DNA from: Acholeplasmataceae bacterium UBA5617
GTDB taxonomy: Bacteria > Bacillota_I > Bacilli_A > Acholeplasmatales > Acholeplasmataceae
Assembly (NCBI GenBank): GCA_002424575.1
Contig: DIKN01000009.1
Span: 1 to 59,019, forward strand
Direction of reading: 5' to 3'
DNA: 59,019 nucleotides
The notes beneath the pieces are model-generated. The model was not told the origin of the DNA. It made no database searches and saw only the letters and a program-made list of their open reading frames with translations. Made by a program: the position numbers and the translations under genes. This document shows positions 21,232 to 31,525 of the stretch, one piece after another; the first letter of the stretch is position 1; each line of letters opens with the position of its first letter.

Positions 21232-22073
21232 AAAGAAGCCTTCTTTTTATCCCAGCCAATTCGCCTGCGATGTTGCAAAATGCCGATATTTTTGGTGCTG
21301 ATGCCATCATTTTTGACTTAGAAGATGCGATTCATCCCCTCGAAAAAGATGCTGCTCGTGATTTACTCACATGCTATCTTGAACGCTTTGCATTACCCGA
21401 CATGGAACTGATTGTTCGTATTAACGATCGTCAAACCCCTTATTACATCAAAGATGTCGAACGCGCTGTTCAACTGCCGATTCATACCATCATGTTACCT
21501 AAAGCACGTGAGGAAGATATCCTTGAACTGAGCGAGCGATTAACGGCTTTAGAAAAAAAGCGTAAACGGCTAGCACCTCTGATGATCATCCCCATCATTG
21601 AACGGGCTATCTCACTCTTCGAAATTGAAAAAATAGTGGCTCATGCACGGGTATCAGGTCTTCTTTTAGGTGGTGAAGATTTAACATCGGATCTTGAGGT
21701 TGAACGTACGAAACAAGGTTTGGAAATCCTTTTTGCACGTCAAATGGTGATCTATGCAGCAAAAGCCTATCGAAAAGAAGCCATCGATACACCATTTACC
21801 GATGTGGGTGATCATGTTGGACTTGTCGAAGATGCGACATATGCAAAATCCCTTGGGATGACAGCAAAATCCTGTATTCATCCGATTCAAATCGATGCCA
21901 TCAACGAGGTATTTTCACCCTCTGAAAAGCAGATTACTTTTGCAAAACGTGTTTTGGAAGCTGAAAAAGAGGCTCAAGAAAAAGGGCTTGGTGTTTTTTC
22001 TGTTGACGGCAAAATGGTTGATAAACCGATCATCGAACGTGCAAAACAAGTCTTAAAGAGGGTGAAACCATGA
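21228..22073 (+). CDS. citE: Citrate-lyase-type beta subunit; probable citramalyl-ACP lyase
   Basis: RSLLFIP, FDLEDA, VRIN, GGEDL, IHP.Q, GKMVDKP. Confidence 0.88.
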   Translation: MKRSLLFIPANSPAMLQNADIFGADAIIFDLEDAIHPLEKDAARDLLTCYLERFALPDMELIVRINDRQTPYYIKDVERAVQLPIHTIMLPKAREEDILELSERLTALEKKRKRLAPLMIIPIIERAISLFEIEKIVAHARVSGLLLGGEDLTSDLEVERTKQGLEILFARQMVIYAAKAYRKEAIDTPFTDVGDHVGLVEDATYAKSLGMTAKSCIHPIQIDAINEVFSPSEKQITFAKRVLEAEKEAQEKGLGVFSVDGKMVDKPIIERAKQVLKRVKP

Positions 22074-23599
22074 ACATGATTAAAAACAGTCTTGGTCGAT
22101 TGGTTCCTGATGATTTGACACCTTTTCAAGGTGCTGATCAGATCATCAAAAAGAATAAGCGCATTTTAGTTGATGAAGTCATCGTCGGAGGTGGCAATAA
22201 ACCTGTTGAAACCGATATGACAACGCTTTTTGATAAGCTCAATATCCAAGATGGTATGACGCTCTCATTTCATCATCATTTACGCAATGGTGATGGGGTC
22301 TTAAACATGGTTCTTGCTGAAATCAAGAAACGAAAACTTAAAAATTTAACACTCGCACCGAGTGCGATTTTTCCCGTTCATGAACCGATGGTTTCACTCA
22401 TCAAGAATGGTGCAATCACCAATATCATCACCAATTACATCAATGGACCTGTTGCTTTAGCCATTGAACAGGGATACCTTAAAGGGATGCTGATCATGGA
22501 TACACATGGAGGTCGATCTCGTGCGATTGAATCTGGTGAACTCAACATTGATGTTGCATTCATCGCGACACCCGCATGTGATAGATATGGTCACGGTAAT
22601 GGTATCGAAGGTCCCTCTCAGTGTGGAACGTTGGGGTATGCCATTCCTGATCTGATGTATGCCAAACAAAAGGTTCTCATCACAGATCACCTTGTTGATC
22701 GTGTGAAGAAAATTGATCTCGATGGCCGTTATGTTCACATGATTTGTCATGTTCCTTCCATTGGTGATTCACAAGGTATACAAAGTGGTACAACCAAACC
22801 AACACGTGATCCCATTCAATTGCGTATCGCTAAAAATACAGCTCAATTAATCCATGAACTCGGTTATATCAAAAAAGGGTTCCGCTTTCAGACAGGTGCC
22901 GGAGGTACAAGTCTCGCGGTTGCTGAAGACATCAAGCATATCATGAAAGACAAAAAAATCATGGGTGCTTTCGCATCTGGTGGCATAACAAATTTCCTTG
23001 TGAAGATGCATGAAGAGGGTTTATTTGAAAAACTCTACGATGTACAGTGTTTTGATTTAGAAGCGATCAAATCTTATGGGCGCAACAAAAACCATATAAT
23101 GATGAGTGCTTCAGAATATGGTAATCCCTACGCAAAGCCCATCGTCAATGATCTTGATGTCGTTGTTCTAGGTGCAACAGAAATCGATCTCGAGTTTAAT
23201 GTCAATGTCACAACGGATTCATTTGGTCATATAATCGGTGGAAGCGGTGGCCATGCTGATACAGCTTATGGTGCAAAACTCACCGTCATCACCACCAATT
23301 TAATGAAATCAAGACTATCCATGATCAAAGAACATGTTACCACCATCACGACACCCGGAGAAACCGTGGATGTTTTGGTCACTGAACGAGGTATTGCGAT
23401 TAACCCGAGAAGACAAGATTTAATCGATAAGTTAAAGCATTCAAAACTTCCAATCATGCCGATTGAAGACCTCTTACACATCGCCTATGATTTCACGGGT
23501 ATTCCAAAATCGACCACACGAGATGGTCGAATCATCGGTTATGTCCGCTATCGTGATGGTTCCATCATCGATAGTCTCTATCAAATCAAAGGAGTTTAG
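22070..23599 (+). CDS. citF: Citrate-lyase-type alpha subunit (acetyl-ACP transferase)
   Basis: SFHHHLRNGD, HGGRSRA, QTGAGG, DVQCFD, GGSGGHAD, TPGETVD. Confidence 0.92.
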   Translation: MNMIKNSLGRLVPDDLTPFQGADQIIKKNKRILVDEVIVGGGNKPVETDMTTLFDKLNIQDGMTLSFHHHLRNGDGVLNMVLAEIKKRKLKNLTLAPSAIFPVHEPMVSLIKNGAITNIITNYINGPVALAIEQGYLKGMLIMDTHGGRSRAIESGELNIDVAFIATPACDRYGHGNGIEGPSQCGTLGYAIPDLMYAKQKVLITDHLVDRVKKIDLDGRYVHMICHVPSIGDSQGIQSGTTKPTRDPIQLRIAKNTAQLIHELGYIKKGFRFQTGAGGTSLAVAEDIKHIMKDKKIMGAFASGGITNFLVKMHEEGLFEKLYDVQCFDLEAIKSYGRNKNHIMMSASEYGNPYAKPIVNDLDVVVLGATEIDLEFNVNVTTDSFGHIIGGSGGHADTAYGAKLTVITTNLMKSRLSMIKEHVTTITTPGETVDVLVTERGIAINPRRQDLIDKLKHSKLPIMPIEDLLHIAYDFTGIPKSTTRDGRIIGYVRYRDGSIIDSLYQIKGV

Positions 23600-23600
23600 C

Positions 23601-24596
23601 ATGCCCTATCACGTTGTTTTGGCCAATACTTCCATCGAAAAAGATAAGTCTTTGATGCTACTTGAAGCATCTTCTCTTACCATGGATGAACATGTCGATG
23701 AAACATATAACCTCTATGACGGTGAGGATGTGGTGGGGACAATTTCAATCTATAGCAATGTGATCAAGATGATTGCCATTGAACCATCCCATCAAGGTGA
23801 GCAGATGACACAACATCTCCTTCACCATGTGATGCGTCTGTTTGAAGAACGTCAGATCAACAAGTATTTCATCTATACGAAACCAGAAAATAAAGTTTTC
23901 TTCACTGGATATCCTTTTTCTTTGGTCGCTGAAACCCAACATATCGCATTGCTCGAAAATAAACTCTATGCCATTGATGACCATCTACTCGCGTTGAAGA
24001 CGACCATCAAACCCCATCATGGAAAACGTGCAGCGTTGGTCATGAACTGTAATCCAATCACGAATGGTCATCTCTATTTAATTGAGACATGTGCTAGAGA
24101 AAACGATCAAGTCATCATTTTTTTGGTTGAAGAAAATCGATCCGTTTTCCCTTTTCAAGTTCGATATCAACTGGTTAAAAAAGCAACTAAGCACTTAAAA
24201 AATGTGAGTGTTGTCCCTTCAACACCCTACATCATCAGTTTGGCAACTTTCCCAACCTACTTCTTGAAAGACGCAAGTGTTATCTCAAAACGTTTCATGG
24301 AATTAGATATCACCATCTTTAAACAGCACTTTTTCCCAAGCTTTGAACTCGATTATCGGTATGTCGGCACAGAACCTAAAGATGAAGCGACTCGCTTATA
24401 TAATGAAACCATGCAGTCGATGTTAGGGGATAAACTTCGTATCATTGAGCGTAAAACGTATCACAATGAGCCTATTTCAGCATCTGTGATTCGACAGATG
24501 ATGAGAGATCATGCCTACAAAGACATAAAAAAACGGGTTCCTCCAGTGACCTATGCGTTTTTGAAATCAAAAGAGGGGAGAGCTCTTTTCATATGA
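23601..24596 (+). CDS. citC: [Citrate lyase] ligase (ACP acetylation)
   Basis: VMNCNPITNGHLYL, SLATFPTYF, RYVGTEP, ISASVIR. Start corrected to ATG 23601 (AAGGAG). Confidence 0.9.
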   Translation: MPYHVVLANTSIEKDKSLMLLEASSLTMDEHVDETYNLYDGEDVVGTISIYSNVIKMIAIEPSHQGEQMTQHLLHHVMRLFEERQINKYFIYTKPENKVFFTGYPFSLVAETQHIALLENKLYAIDDHLLALKTTIKPHHGKRAALVMNCNPITNGHLYLIETCARENDQVIIFLVEENRSVFPFQVRYQLVKKATKHLKNVSVVPSTPYIISLATFPTYFLKDASVISKRFMELDITIFKQHFFPSFELDYRYVGTEPKDEATRLYNETMQSMLGDKLRIIERKTYHNEPISASVIRQMMRDHAYKDIKKRVPPVTYAFLKSKEGRALFI

Positions 24597-25861
24597 GTGA
24601 TGCGATACTTGATGCACGCGAAAAGCGTGCCTCTCTTCTTTCAATGATGTTATCAAAAGGATATGATGCAGTCCTATCGATCCGTGCAAACATCCCAGGG
24701 CATCAAAAAAATACACCGGAAGCTTATATCATCGTTCGCTACTTTGAGTATTTTTTGAGAGAAAAGATTGGTTTTATTCATCACGAGCGTCTCGAAGGTG
24801 AAGATGGGCCCTATGTGTTTGCTGCTGTTGAAACCGATGAAATAAAGGTGCTAAAACAAAAACTCGTTCAAATTGAAGATGAGCTTCCATTGGGCAGACT
24901 TGTCGATCTCGACGTTTGGACTATAGAGGGTTCTCTATCGCGATCAGATCTAGGAATCAAACCTCGAAAGTGTTATCTCTGTGATCGTGATGCTCATTTT
25001 TGTGTACGCAATCGAAAACATGCACTTGATGATGTATTGGCTTTTATCAAGCATACGGTGAAGGCACACCTGATCATGGATATGCAACAAATGGCTAAAG
25101 ATGCGATGATGCGTGAACTCAATTTAGAGGATAAGTTTGGACTTGTCACGCCTACTAATTCTGGTTCTCATCATGATATGACCTATGATCTGATGATTCA
25201 AGCACAGGATGTCATTTTGCCCTATCTTGCGAAACTTTTTGAATTGGGTGGCTCAGGACTCGAACATTATCGATTGATGGATCTTGGTCGTCCGATTGGA
25301 GTCGAAGCTGAAAACGCGATGTTTGAGGTAACACATGGTGTCAATTGCTACAAAGGTCTTATCTTCATTCTTGGCTTAGTTATGCTATCTTCAGGCTACA
25401 TCCTTTCACATCATCACGATTTCAATCATCTCTTTTTGACCATTCAACTCCTCGCAAAGCCTCTGTTAGATGATTTTGAAAAAAGGCCGATCTCATTTGG
25501 AGAAAAAGCCTATCATGAGCATCAAATCATGGGGGCACGCGGTGAAGCAGCACTCGGATTACCTTCTGTCCATCATGCACTGCGCATCATGGATCAAAGA
25601 CCACTGACAGATGATCTTCTTCGTGAAATTTTACAGCTCTTGATTCGCTCCACCGATGATACTGTCTTATTGAAACGTGCTGGTTCCTTTGAAAAATACT
25701 TAGCAGTAAAAAAGAAAATTGCTTTGCTTGATGTACATGATCTTGTTGCAGTCAGACAATTTACCCAAGAAGCGATTGATGAAAAAATCAGTTTTGGAGG
25801 TTCTGCGGATCTTCTGATTGCCACACTCTTCATGCATGAGCTTCAAAAACATTACTTCTAA
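24593..25861 (+). CDS. citXG: CitX-CitG fusion (holo-ACP synthase plus triphosphoribosyl-dephospho-CoA synthase)
   Basis: ILDAREKR, LGRLVDLDV, RKCYLC (CitX); KFGLV..GSHHDM, GVNCYKG, GARGEA, GGSADLL (CitG). Confidence 0.9.
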   Translation: MSDAILDAREKRASLLSMMLSKGYDAVLSIRANIPGHQKNTPEAYIIVRYFEYFLREKIGFIHHERLEGEDGPYVFAAVETDEIKVLKQKLVQIEDELPLGRLVDLDVWTIEGSLSRSDLGIKPRKCYLCDRDAHFCVRNRKHALDDVLAFIKHTVKAHLIMDMQQMAKDAMMRELNLEDKFGLVTPTNSGSHHDMTYDLMIQAQDVILPYLAKLFELGGSGLEHYRLMDLGRPIGVEAENAMFEVTHGVNCYKGLIFILGLVMLSSGYILSHHHDFNHLFLTIQLLAKPLLDDFEKRPISFGEKAYHEHQIMGARGEAALGLPSVHHALRIMDQRPLTDDLLREILQLLIRSTDDTVLLKRAGSFEKYLAVKKKIALLDVHDLVAVRQFTQEAIDEKISFGGSADLLIATLFMHELQKHYF

Positions 25862-25863
25862 TG

Positions 25864-25898
25864 AAAAACGTACGACATCTATCGTACGTTTATTTTTT
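25864..25898. terminator. Bidirectional terminator between convergent citXG and pruA
   Basis: AAACGTACGA-catcta-TCGTACGTTT with an A-run before and a T-run after. Confidence 0.8.
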
Positions 25899-27455
25899 CT
25901 AGAAGGCTTCTGAAACTGTTTTTCCTTGCATATGTAAGATTAAGTAATCTGGACCGCCTGCTTTTGAATCGGTTCCACTCATATTGAATCCACCAAATGG
26001 TTGATAGCCTACGATAGCACCGGTGCATTTGCGATTCAAGTAGAGATTCCCAACATGAAATTCTCTTCTTGCTTGTTCTAGATGCATCCGATTACGTGAA
26101 ATGACAGCCCCTGTTAAACCATATTCTGTGTTGTTTGCGACCTCAATCGCTTCATCAAATGATCGGACTTTACAAACAGCTAAGATAGGACCAAAGATTT
26201 CTTCTTGCATCAATTTAGAATCCGGTGCCAAGTCTTTATATATCGTCGGCTGTATAAAATATCCCTTGGTACCATCAGCAACCCCACCAATAACTTTTTT
26301 GCCTTCCTGATCTCCAATTTCAAAGTAGGATGAAATCTTTTTAAAAGCATTGGCATCATTGACAGGTCCCATGAATGTCTGTGGTAGTGTCGGATCACCG
26401 ACAATCAACGTCTTCGTGATATTCGCCATTTTATCGATCACGGCATCATATACTTTTTCATGAATGATTGCACGGCTACACGCTGAGCATTTTTGTCCTG
26501 AAAAACCAAACGCTGATTTCACGATGGCATCAGCTGCTAAATCGAGATCAGCATCCTCATCCACGATGATAGCATCTTTACCACCCATTTCAGCGATGAC
26601 TCGCTTCAGCCATATTTGCCCTTTTTGGACTTTGGCTGCTTTTTCATAGATCGACATGCCCACTTCTTTTGAGCCTGTGAACGAAATAAAACGAATTTTA
26701 GGGTGATTAACGATATAATCACCGATGACTGCACCTGATCCAGGAATGAAGTTTGCAACACCTGCAGGTAAACCTGCTTCTTCTAAGACTTCAACAAACT
26801 TATATGCGATGACTTGCGTTGTTGAAGCGGGTTTAATCAACACGGTATTTCCTGAAACGATGGCAGCTGAGGTCATACCCGTTAATATAGCAAGTGGAAA
26901 ATTCCAAGGTGAAATGATGGCGCCTACGCCTAGAGGAATGTAGGTATATTCATTTCGTTCCATGTCTTTTCGCGATAAAACAACATCATCGATGTGAGTG
27001 AGTTGAAGCATTTGACGTCCATAATACTCGAGAAAATCGATGGCTTCTGCAACGTCAGCATCCGCTTCTGCCCATGGTTTTCCAGCTTCTTTGGTCATGA
27101 GTGCTGCAAACTCAAACTTACGACGACGAATAATGCCAGCCGATTTGAAAAGGACATCAGCACGAACTTTTGGATCAACCTTTTTCCAAGTCTCAAAGGT
27201 TTTAAGTGCGACTTGCATCGCAAGTTCTGCCTCTTCAAGTCCAGCTTGAGAAATGGTACCCACCACTTCACTGAACTGAGCAGGATTTAAAGAAACCATC
27301 TGTTTACTGGTCTTGATCCGTTTCCCTCCAATGATTAAATCATAGGTGTGACCCAGATAACTTTCAACTGTTTTTAACCCTTGTTGATATTTTTTAATGT
27401 TCGCTTCTTGTGTAAAATCTGTAAGCAATTCTGTTTGATAGGGATAAATCGCCAT
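25899..27455 (-). CDS. pruA: 1-pyrroline-5-carboxylate (glutamate-5-semialdehyde) dehydrogenase
   Basis: [56 protein letters not shown]. Confidence 0.95.
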   Translation of the reverse strand: MAIYPYQTELLTDFTQEANIKKYQQGLKTVESYLGHTYDLIIGGKRIKTSKQMVSLNPAQFSEVVGTISQAGLEEAELAMQVALKTFETWKKVDPKVRADVLFKSAGIIRRRKFEFAALMTKEAGKPWAEADADVAEAIDFLEYYGRQMLQLTHIDDVVLSRKDMERNEYTYIPLGVGAIISPWNFPLAILTGMTSAAIVSGNTVLIKPASTTQVIAYKFVEVLEEAGLPAGVANFIPGSGAVIGDYIVNHPKIRFISFTGSKEVGMSIYEKAAKVQKGQIWLKRVIAEMGGKDAIIVDEDADLDLAADAIVKSAFGFSGQKCSACSRAIIHEKVYDAVIDKMANITKTLIVGDPTLPQTFMGPVNDANAFKKISSYFEIGDQEGKKVIGGVADGTKGYFIQPTIYKDLAPDSKLMQEEIFGPILAVCKVRSFDEAIEVANNTEYGLTGAVISRNRMHLEQARREFHVGNLYLNRKCTGAIVGYQPFGGFNMSGTDSKAGGPDYLILHMQGKTVSEAF

Positions 27456-27471
27456 GTCAACTCTCCTTTTT

Positions 27472-28617
27472 TTAAACGACTGATTTTTCGGTATGGATGA
27501 TGTCTTGATCTTTGAATCGGTGGATATCGAGTGAGGTCATATCCATCGATGGTGTTTCTCCTAAAATGATCTCTGAAAGCAATAACCCTGTCATTGGGGC
27601 TAGCATGAAGCCGTGTCCACTAAACCCACAAGCCATGTAGAAACCTTTGCATTGATCGGTTCCACCTAGAATGGGTTGACGATCGGGTGACATGTTATAC
27701 GATCCACCCCACTGTCTGACGACACGAAGTTCAGCAACCTTTGGCATGATATCGACAAGTGTTTTTGACATCAGATCTAAGAAAGACCATGTGGATTCAA
27801 TATGATGGTTTCTTTCTACATGTGGATTGCTGCGACCCATGAGGAATGCGCCATGAGGAACTTGCTGGCAATAAATATTTTTTGAAAATGACATCACCAT
27901 AGGACCTTGCATCTTTTCAACCGGTTCAGTTGCCAGTATTTCATGATTTTCAGCATATACAGGGATATCTACCCCCGCCATTTGACCTATTTCATACGAA
28001 TATCCACCAGCAGCATTGACCAAAATCGTTGTGTCATAGACGTTTTTATTGGTGATGATGCGTTTCACTTGGTGATTTTCAACGATGATTTCTTTCGCTT
28101 CTTCAAAGAAGGAGAAGGTGACACCCAATCGTTTTGCTGCAAGCATGTACGCTTCTGTCATTTTAAAGGGATTGAGATGTCCATCGGTTTGACAATAGGT
28201 TGCACTATAAAAAGCTTCTGGATTCAAATGAGGAACTATCTTTAGTGCTTCCTCTTTGGTCAATTGCTTTGAAGGAATGCCCAACCGATTTTGTAAGGCA
28301 ACATTCTTTGTAAATTGCTCATGTTCATTTTGAGAGGTTGCTAAAATGAGATAACCTTCTTGCTTAAATTCAAGATCACCATGATAATCAAGAATCTCTT
28401 TTGCATGCTCAAAAAATTCAATACTTTTTTTCGCAAGGAGACAGTTCATTTCAGTCGCCCATTGTTGACGAACGCCAGCACCACAACGACCGGTTGCACC
28501 GCTTGTAAAATAGCTTTTATCGATGACATGAATGTCCTTCATGCCTTTTTTTGCAAGATTATAGGCGATCGATGCACCACTAATTCCTGCACCAATGATC
28601 AAACAATTAACGTTCAT
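27472..28617 (-). CDS. FAD-dependent oxidoreductase, sarcosine oxidase beta / dye-linked proline dehydrogenase catalytic subunit-like
   Basis: [32 protein letters not shown]; GGAGG RBS at corrected start 28617. Confidence 0.82.
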   Translation of the reverse strand: MNVNCLIIGAGISGASIAYNLAKKGMKDIHVIDKSYFTSGATGRCGAGVRQQWATEMNCLLAKKSIEFFEHAKEILDYHGDLEFKQEGYLILATSQNEHEQFTKNVALQNRLGIPSKQLTKEEALKIVPHLNPEAFYSATYCQTDGHLNPFKMTEAYMLAAKRLGVTFSFFEEAKEIIVENHQVKRIITNKNVYDTTILVNAAGGYSYEIGQMAGVDIPVYAENHEILATEPVEKMQGPMVMSFSKNIYCQQVPHGAFLMGRSNPHVERNHHIESTWSFLDLMSKTLVDIMPKVAELRVVRQWGGSYNMSPDRQPILGGTDQCKGFYMACGFSGHGFMLAPMTGLLLSEIILGETPSMDMTSLDIHRFKDQDIIHTEKSVV

Positions 28618-28888
28618 CGTCTTGATCCTCCGCAATCTTTTTAAGAGGTACACCCATCACGAGTGGTCTGACTTTATGAACGGGTATTTCTTCCACTGAT
28701 TTTCCGAGGAATTTAGCGATTTCACGCTGAATGAGATGTCCACACGTATTGGCTTGACAGGGTCCCATACCGACACGAAGAAGTCGTTTTAAATCTTCAA
28801 ATGTGGTATAACCTTGTTCTAATAATTGATGAATTTGTTTTAATGATACATCTTCACAACGACAGATAATGACGTCTTCTTTTCTCAT
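28607..28888 (-). CDS. BFD-like [2Fe-2S]-binding subunit
   Basis: ICRCEDV...LKR..RVGMGPCQANTC...RP. Confidence 0.85.
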   Translation of the reverse strand: MRKEDVIICRCEDVSLKQIHQLLEQGYTTFEDLKRLLRVGMGPCQANTCGHLIQREIAKFLGKSVEEIPVHKVRPLVMGVPLKKIAEDQDDER

Positions 28889-29364
28889 AATCTTACCCTC
28901 ACCGTCACAAAATCATAAAGATAGTCAACAGGCACACTGACTGTCACAACAGCTGTATGATCTGTCTTTGATGAGATAGCAACTTGCTCGATTAAGGCAT
29001 CGCAAATGATCTCTCCAATGCGATTAATACCATCCCAGATCTGACCTTTCTCAGGCATGGGTAAAAACTCGTATGGAATTTTAAAGACTGCACGATCACC
29101 CTTTATCTGTGCAATAACTATGGCAAGTCCTGGACAACTGGGGACACACACCGCACAACCTGTGCATAAATCAGCGTGCAACTGCGGTTGTTTATTGATA
29201 TTTTCACCAATTTCAATCGCATCAAATGGGCATGAAGTTGAACAAGGATTACAGGGAATATCTTCGTAACACTCGAGAATAGCTTTAGGTTTGATCAATA
29301 CTTTTCGATCAGGAAAACGTGAAAGAACTTGATCTTTTGTTGGTATACCGGTTTTATTGAGCAT
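28885..29364 (-). CDS. 4Fe-4S ferredoxin-domain subunit
   Basis: CYEDIPCNPCSTSCP and CTGCAVCVPSCP. Confidence 0.85.
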   Translation of the reverse strand: MLNKTGIPTKDQVLSRFPDRKVLIKPKAILECYEDIPCNPCSTSCPFDAIEIGENINKQPQLHADLCTGCAVCVPSCPGLAIVIAQIKGDRAVFKIPYEFLPMPEKGQIWDGINRIGEIICDALIEQVAISSKTDHTAVVTVSVPVDYLYDFVTVRVRL

Positions 29365-30448
29365 GGATGTCGTCCTTTCTCAGTTTTTCGAGTCCTATTT
29401 TAGTCTTAATTCCAAATGGACCGTTGCGTAACATATCGAGTTCGTATTCGTATTTTTCTTTCAATGCATCTGAATCGGGATGAGGTCTTTGCATATCGGT
29501 TGCGACATAGAGTCCCGTCAAGTAACCTTCCATCATCGCAGAACTTGCTTCTTCAATGCCCACAGCGTCGCCACATGCATAAATACCTTTAACCGTGGTT
29601 TGATGATGGTCATCGATGATAGGGACAAAACCCCCTAATTCGTTAATATATTTCGTTTTTGCATTGACCATGGATAAAAGTTGATGCATCGGGGATAACC
29701 CAACAGAAATACAGAGTGCATCAAGAGACATGATGCGTTCTGTTCCGAGTAAAGGTTGCCATTTGGCATCCAAATCGATAAGTTCTACAGCTTCTAGATG
29801 ATCTTTCCCCATCGCACGTTGCACCGTTGTCGATGTCCAAATGGGAACACCAAGACGTCTTATCTTTGATGCGTGCACTTTGTATCCACCGATGGTAGGT
29901 GCAGCTTCAACGATACCTTTTACATGAACACCAGCTTGTAGGAGTTGATAAGAGACGATGAGTCCAATGTTACCACTACCTACCATGATAATCTCTTGAC
30001 CGGGTAAAACACCGTACAAATTCATCAGTGTTTGGACAGCTCCAGCACCATAAATACCGGGTAAATCATTGTTTTCAAAGGCTAAAAACTTTTCACTCGC
30101 ACCTGTAGCCACAATGATTCGATCCGCTTGATATCGTGTATATGTTTCATGTTGATATACGGTAACAACGCGATCGGGATATAGTCCGACTACGGTTGCT
30201 TCTTTTAGAATAGTGATGTGGGGATGATGAATCACTTGATCGATTAAAATCTTTGCAATATCAAAGCCACGTGTTTTTGCGTATTGTGCTTTTGAACCAA
30301 AAAACTTATGGGTCTGTTTGATCAGTTGCCCACCAAGTTCAGGACTTCGATCAATAATCAAAACATCAATACCTGCTTCAGCTGCCATTTTTGCAGCACA
30401 TAAACCTGAAGGTCCACCACCTATGATGATGAGTTCGTGATGTTTCAT
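29354..30448 (-). CDS. NAD(P)/FAD-dependent oxidoreductase (sarcosine oxidase alpha / PdhA-like)
   Basis: GGGPSG, GGQL, ATGA, NDLPG, GSGNIG, CGDAVG. Confidence 0.85.
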   Translation of the reverse strand: MKHHELIIIGGGPSGLCAAKMAAEAGIDVLIIDRSPELGGQLIKQTHKFFGSKAQYAKTRGFDIAKILIDQVIHHPHITILKEATVVGLYPDRVVTVYQHETYTRYQADRIIVATGASEKFLAFENNDLPGIYGAGAVQTLMNLYGVLPGQEIIMVGSGNIGLIVSYQLLQAGVHVKGIVEAAPTIGGYKVHASKIRRLGVPIWTSTTVQRAMGKDHLEAVELIDLDAKWQPLLGTERIMSLDALCISVGLSPMHQLLSMVNAKTKYINELGGFVPIIDDHHQTTVKGIYACGDAVGIEEASSAMMEGYLTGLYVATDMQRPHPDSDALKEKYEYELDMLRNGPFGIKTKIGLEKLRKDDIHAQ

Positions 30449-30750
30449 CGGATGACCCCCTTATCAGTCTGTCTTTCAATAATCATGCCGGCGACGAGTG
30501 GTGTGATACATGTTCGAACATTCGGAACTCCATTGACCATCATGTTGCACGATGCACAATTACCAATAGCACAATAAAAACCGCGTGGACGGTCTTTTTT
30601 GATTGAATAACTGAGTGTGGTCACTCCGAGTGCATGGAGTGCAGATGCAATCGTATCACCTTTATAACCAACAACGTGTTGACCTTCAAAAATAAAAGGA
30701 ATGGGTTCCTTTTTGGGAAAGTTTAAAATGGGGTGCTTATCAATGCGCAT
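30445..30750 (-). CDS. [2Fe-2S]-binding subunit (Fer2_4 type)
   Basis: GDTIASAL, RPRGFYCAIGNCASC...NVRTC. Confidence 0.85.
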   Translation of the reverse strand: MRIDKHPILNFPKKEPIPFIFEGQHVVGYKGDTIASALHALGVTTLSYSIKKDRPRGFYCAIGNCASCNMMVNGVPNVRTCITPLVAGMIIERQTDKGVIR

Positions 30751-30786
30751 AGATCCTACCTGTCTTTTCGTTACATTGTTACTTTT

Positions 30787-30837
30787 ATTCTATCACATAA
30801 ATATGTGATAAGGAAGGGTCTTTTAAAAACGCTTTCA
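30787..30837 (-). promoter_or_regulatory. Promoter/operator of the proline-oxidation operon
   Basis: Extended -10 TGaTAGAAT overlapped by perfect TATCACATA-aa-TATGTGATA (30791-30810); cre-like TGAAAGCGTTTTTA (minus strand, 30824-30837). Confidence 0.6.
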
Positions 30838-30848
30838 TTTTTATAAAT

Positions 30849-30871
30849 AAAAAAGAGGGTTGCCCCTCTTT
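30849..30871 (-). terminator. Intrinsic terminator closing the gpx-ohrR-rib-HAD operon
   Basis: AAAGAGGG-gcaa-CCCTCTTT plus T-run on the minus strand. Confidence 0.75.
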
Positions 30872-31520
30872 AAAGGATTGTTAAGATTTCTTTAAGATCA
30901 TGGATCACATGATCAGCATCTTTAAATTCACTGATGTGTCCATATCCATAGGCACAACCGATGGTGATTGCACCATTGGATTGACCAGTCTCAATATCTA
31001 AATAACGATCTCCAATCATGACCATAGGCTGCTTTAAACGCGACTTGATGTGCGCAAGAATGTCCTTTTTCGGCAGGAAATGATACATCTCTGAACAAAT
31101 CATTTCATCAAAATATTGGTCAAGTTGAAAGGCTTTTCTCATTGTTTCCATATAATAATTTTTTGAGTTAGAGAGATAAATCAATGTATATCCTTTATTT
31201 TTTAGCGCTTGGAGAACTTCGCGTGCATGTGGATATAATTGCGCCTGATTTTTTTCAATCGCCTCTAGCATGGCATCACTGATGATTTGACTAGCTTTTA
31301 ACATGACGTCATCTTCCAAACCAGGCATGAACATTCTCCACATATCTTTGGGGTTCATACCTATAAAATGCTTGACGTCATCTTGTGTTATGCTTTGATG
31401 AAGTGTGTAACCTTGATTCTTCAGATAATCAACACTTTTCAACAGTGCAGGGTAATAAATGACGATACTCTCATGCAAGGTCCCATCCCAATCAAAAATG
31501 ATGGTTTGTGGTTTTTGCAT
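30870..31520 (-). CDS. HAD-family phosphatase (candidate ribitylamino-uracil 5'-phosphate phosphatase)
   Basis: FDWDGTL, LSN, K, IGDRYLD; starts 5 nt after the ribBA stop. Confidence 0.82.
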   Translation of the reverse strand: MQKPQTIIFDWDGTLHESIVIYYPALLKSVDYLKNQGYTLHQSITQDDVKHFIGMNPKDMWRMFMPGLEDDVMLKASQIISDAMLEAIEKNQAQLYPHAREVLQALKNKGYTLIYLSNSKNYYMETMRKAFQLDQYFDEMICSEMYHFLPKKDILAHIKSRLKQPMVMIGDRYLDIETGQSNGAITIGCAYGYGHISEFKDADHVIHDLKEILTIL

Positions 31521-31525
31521 AAGAT

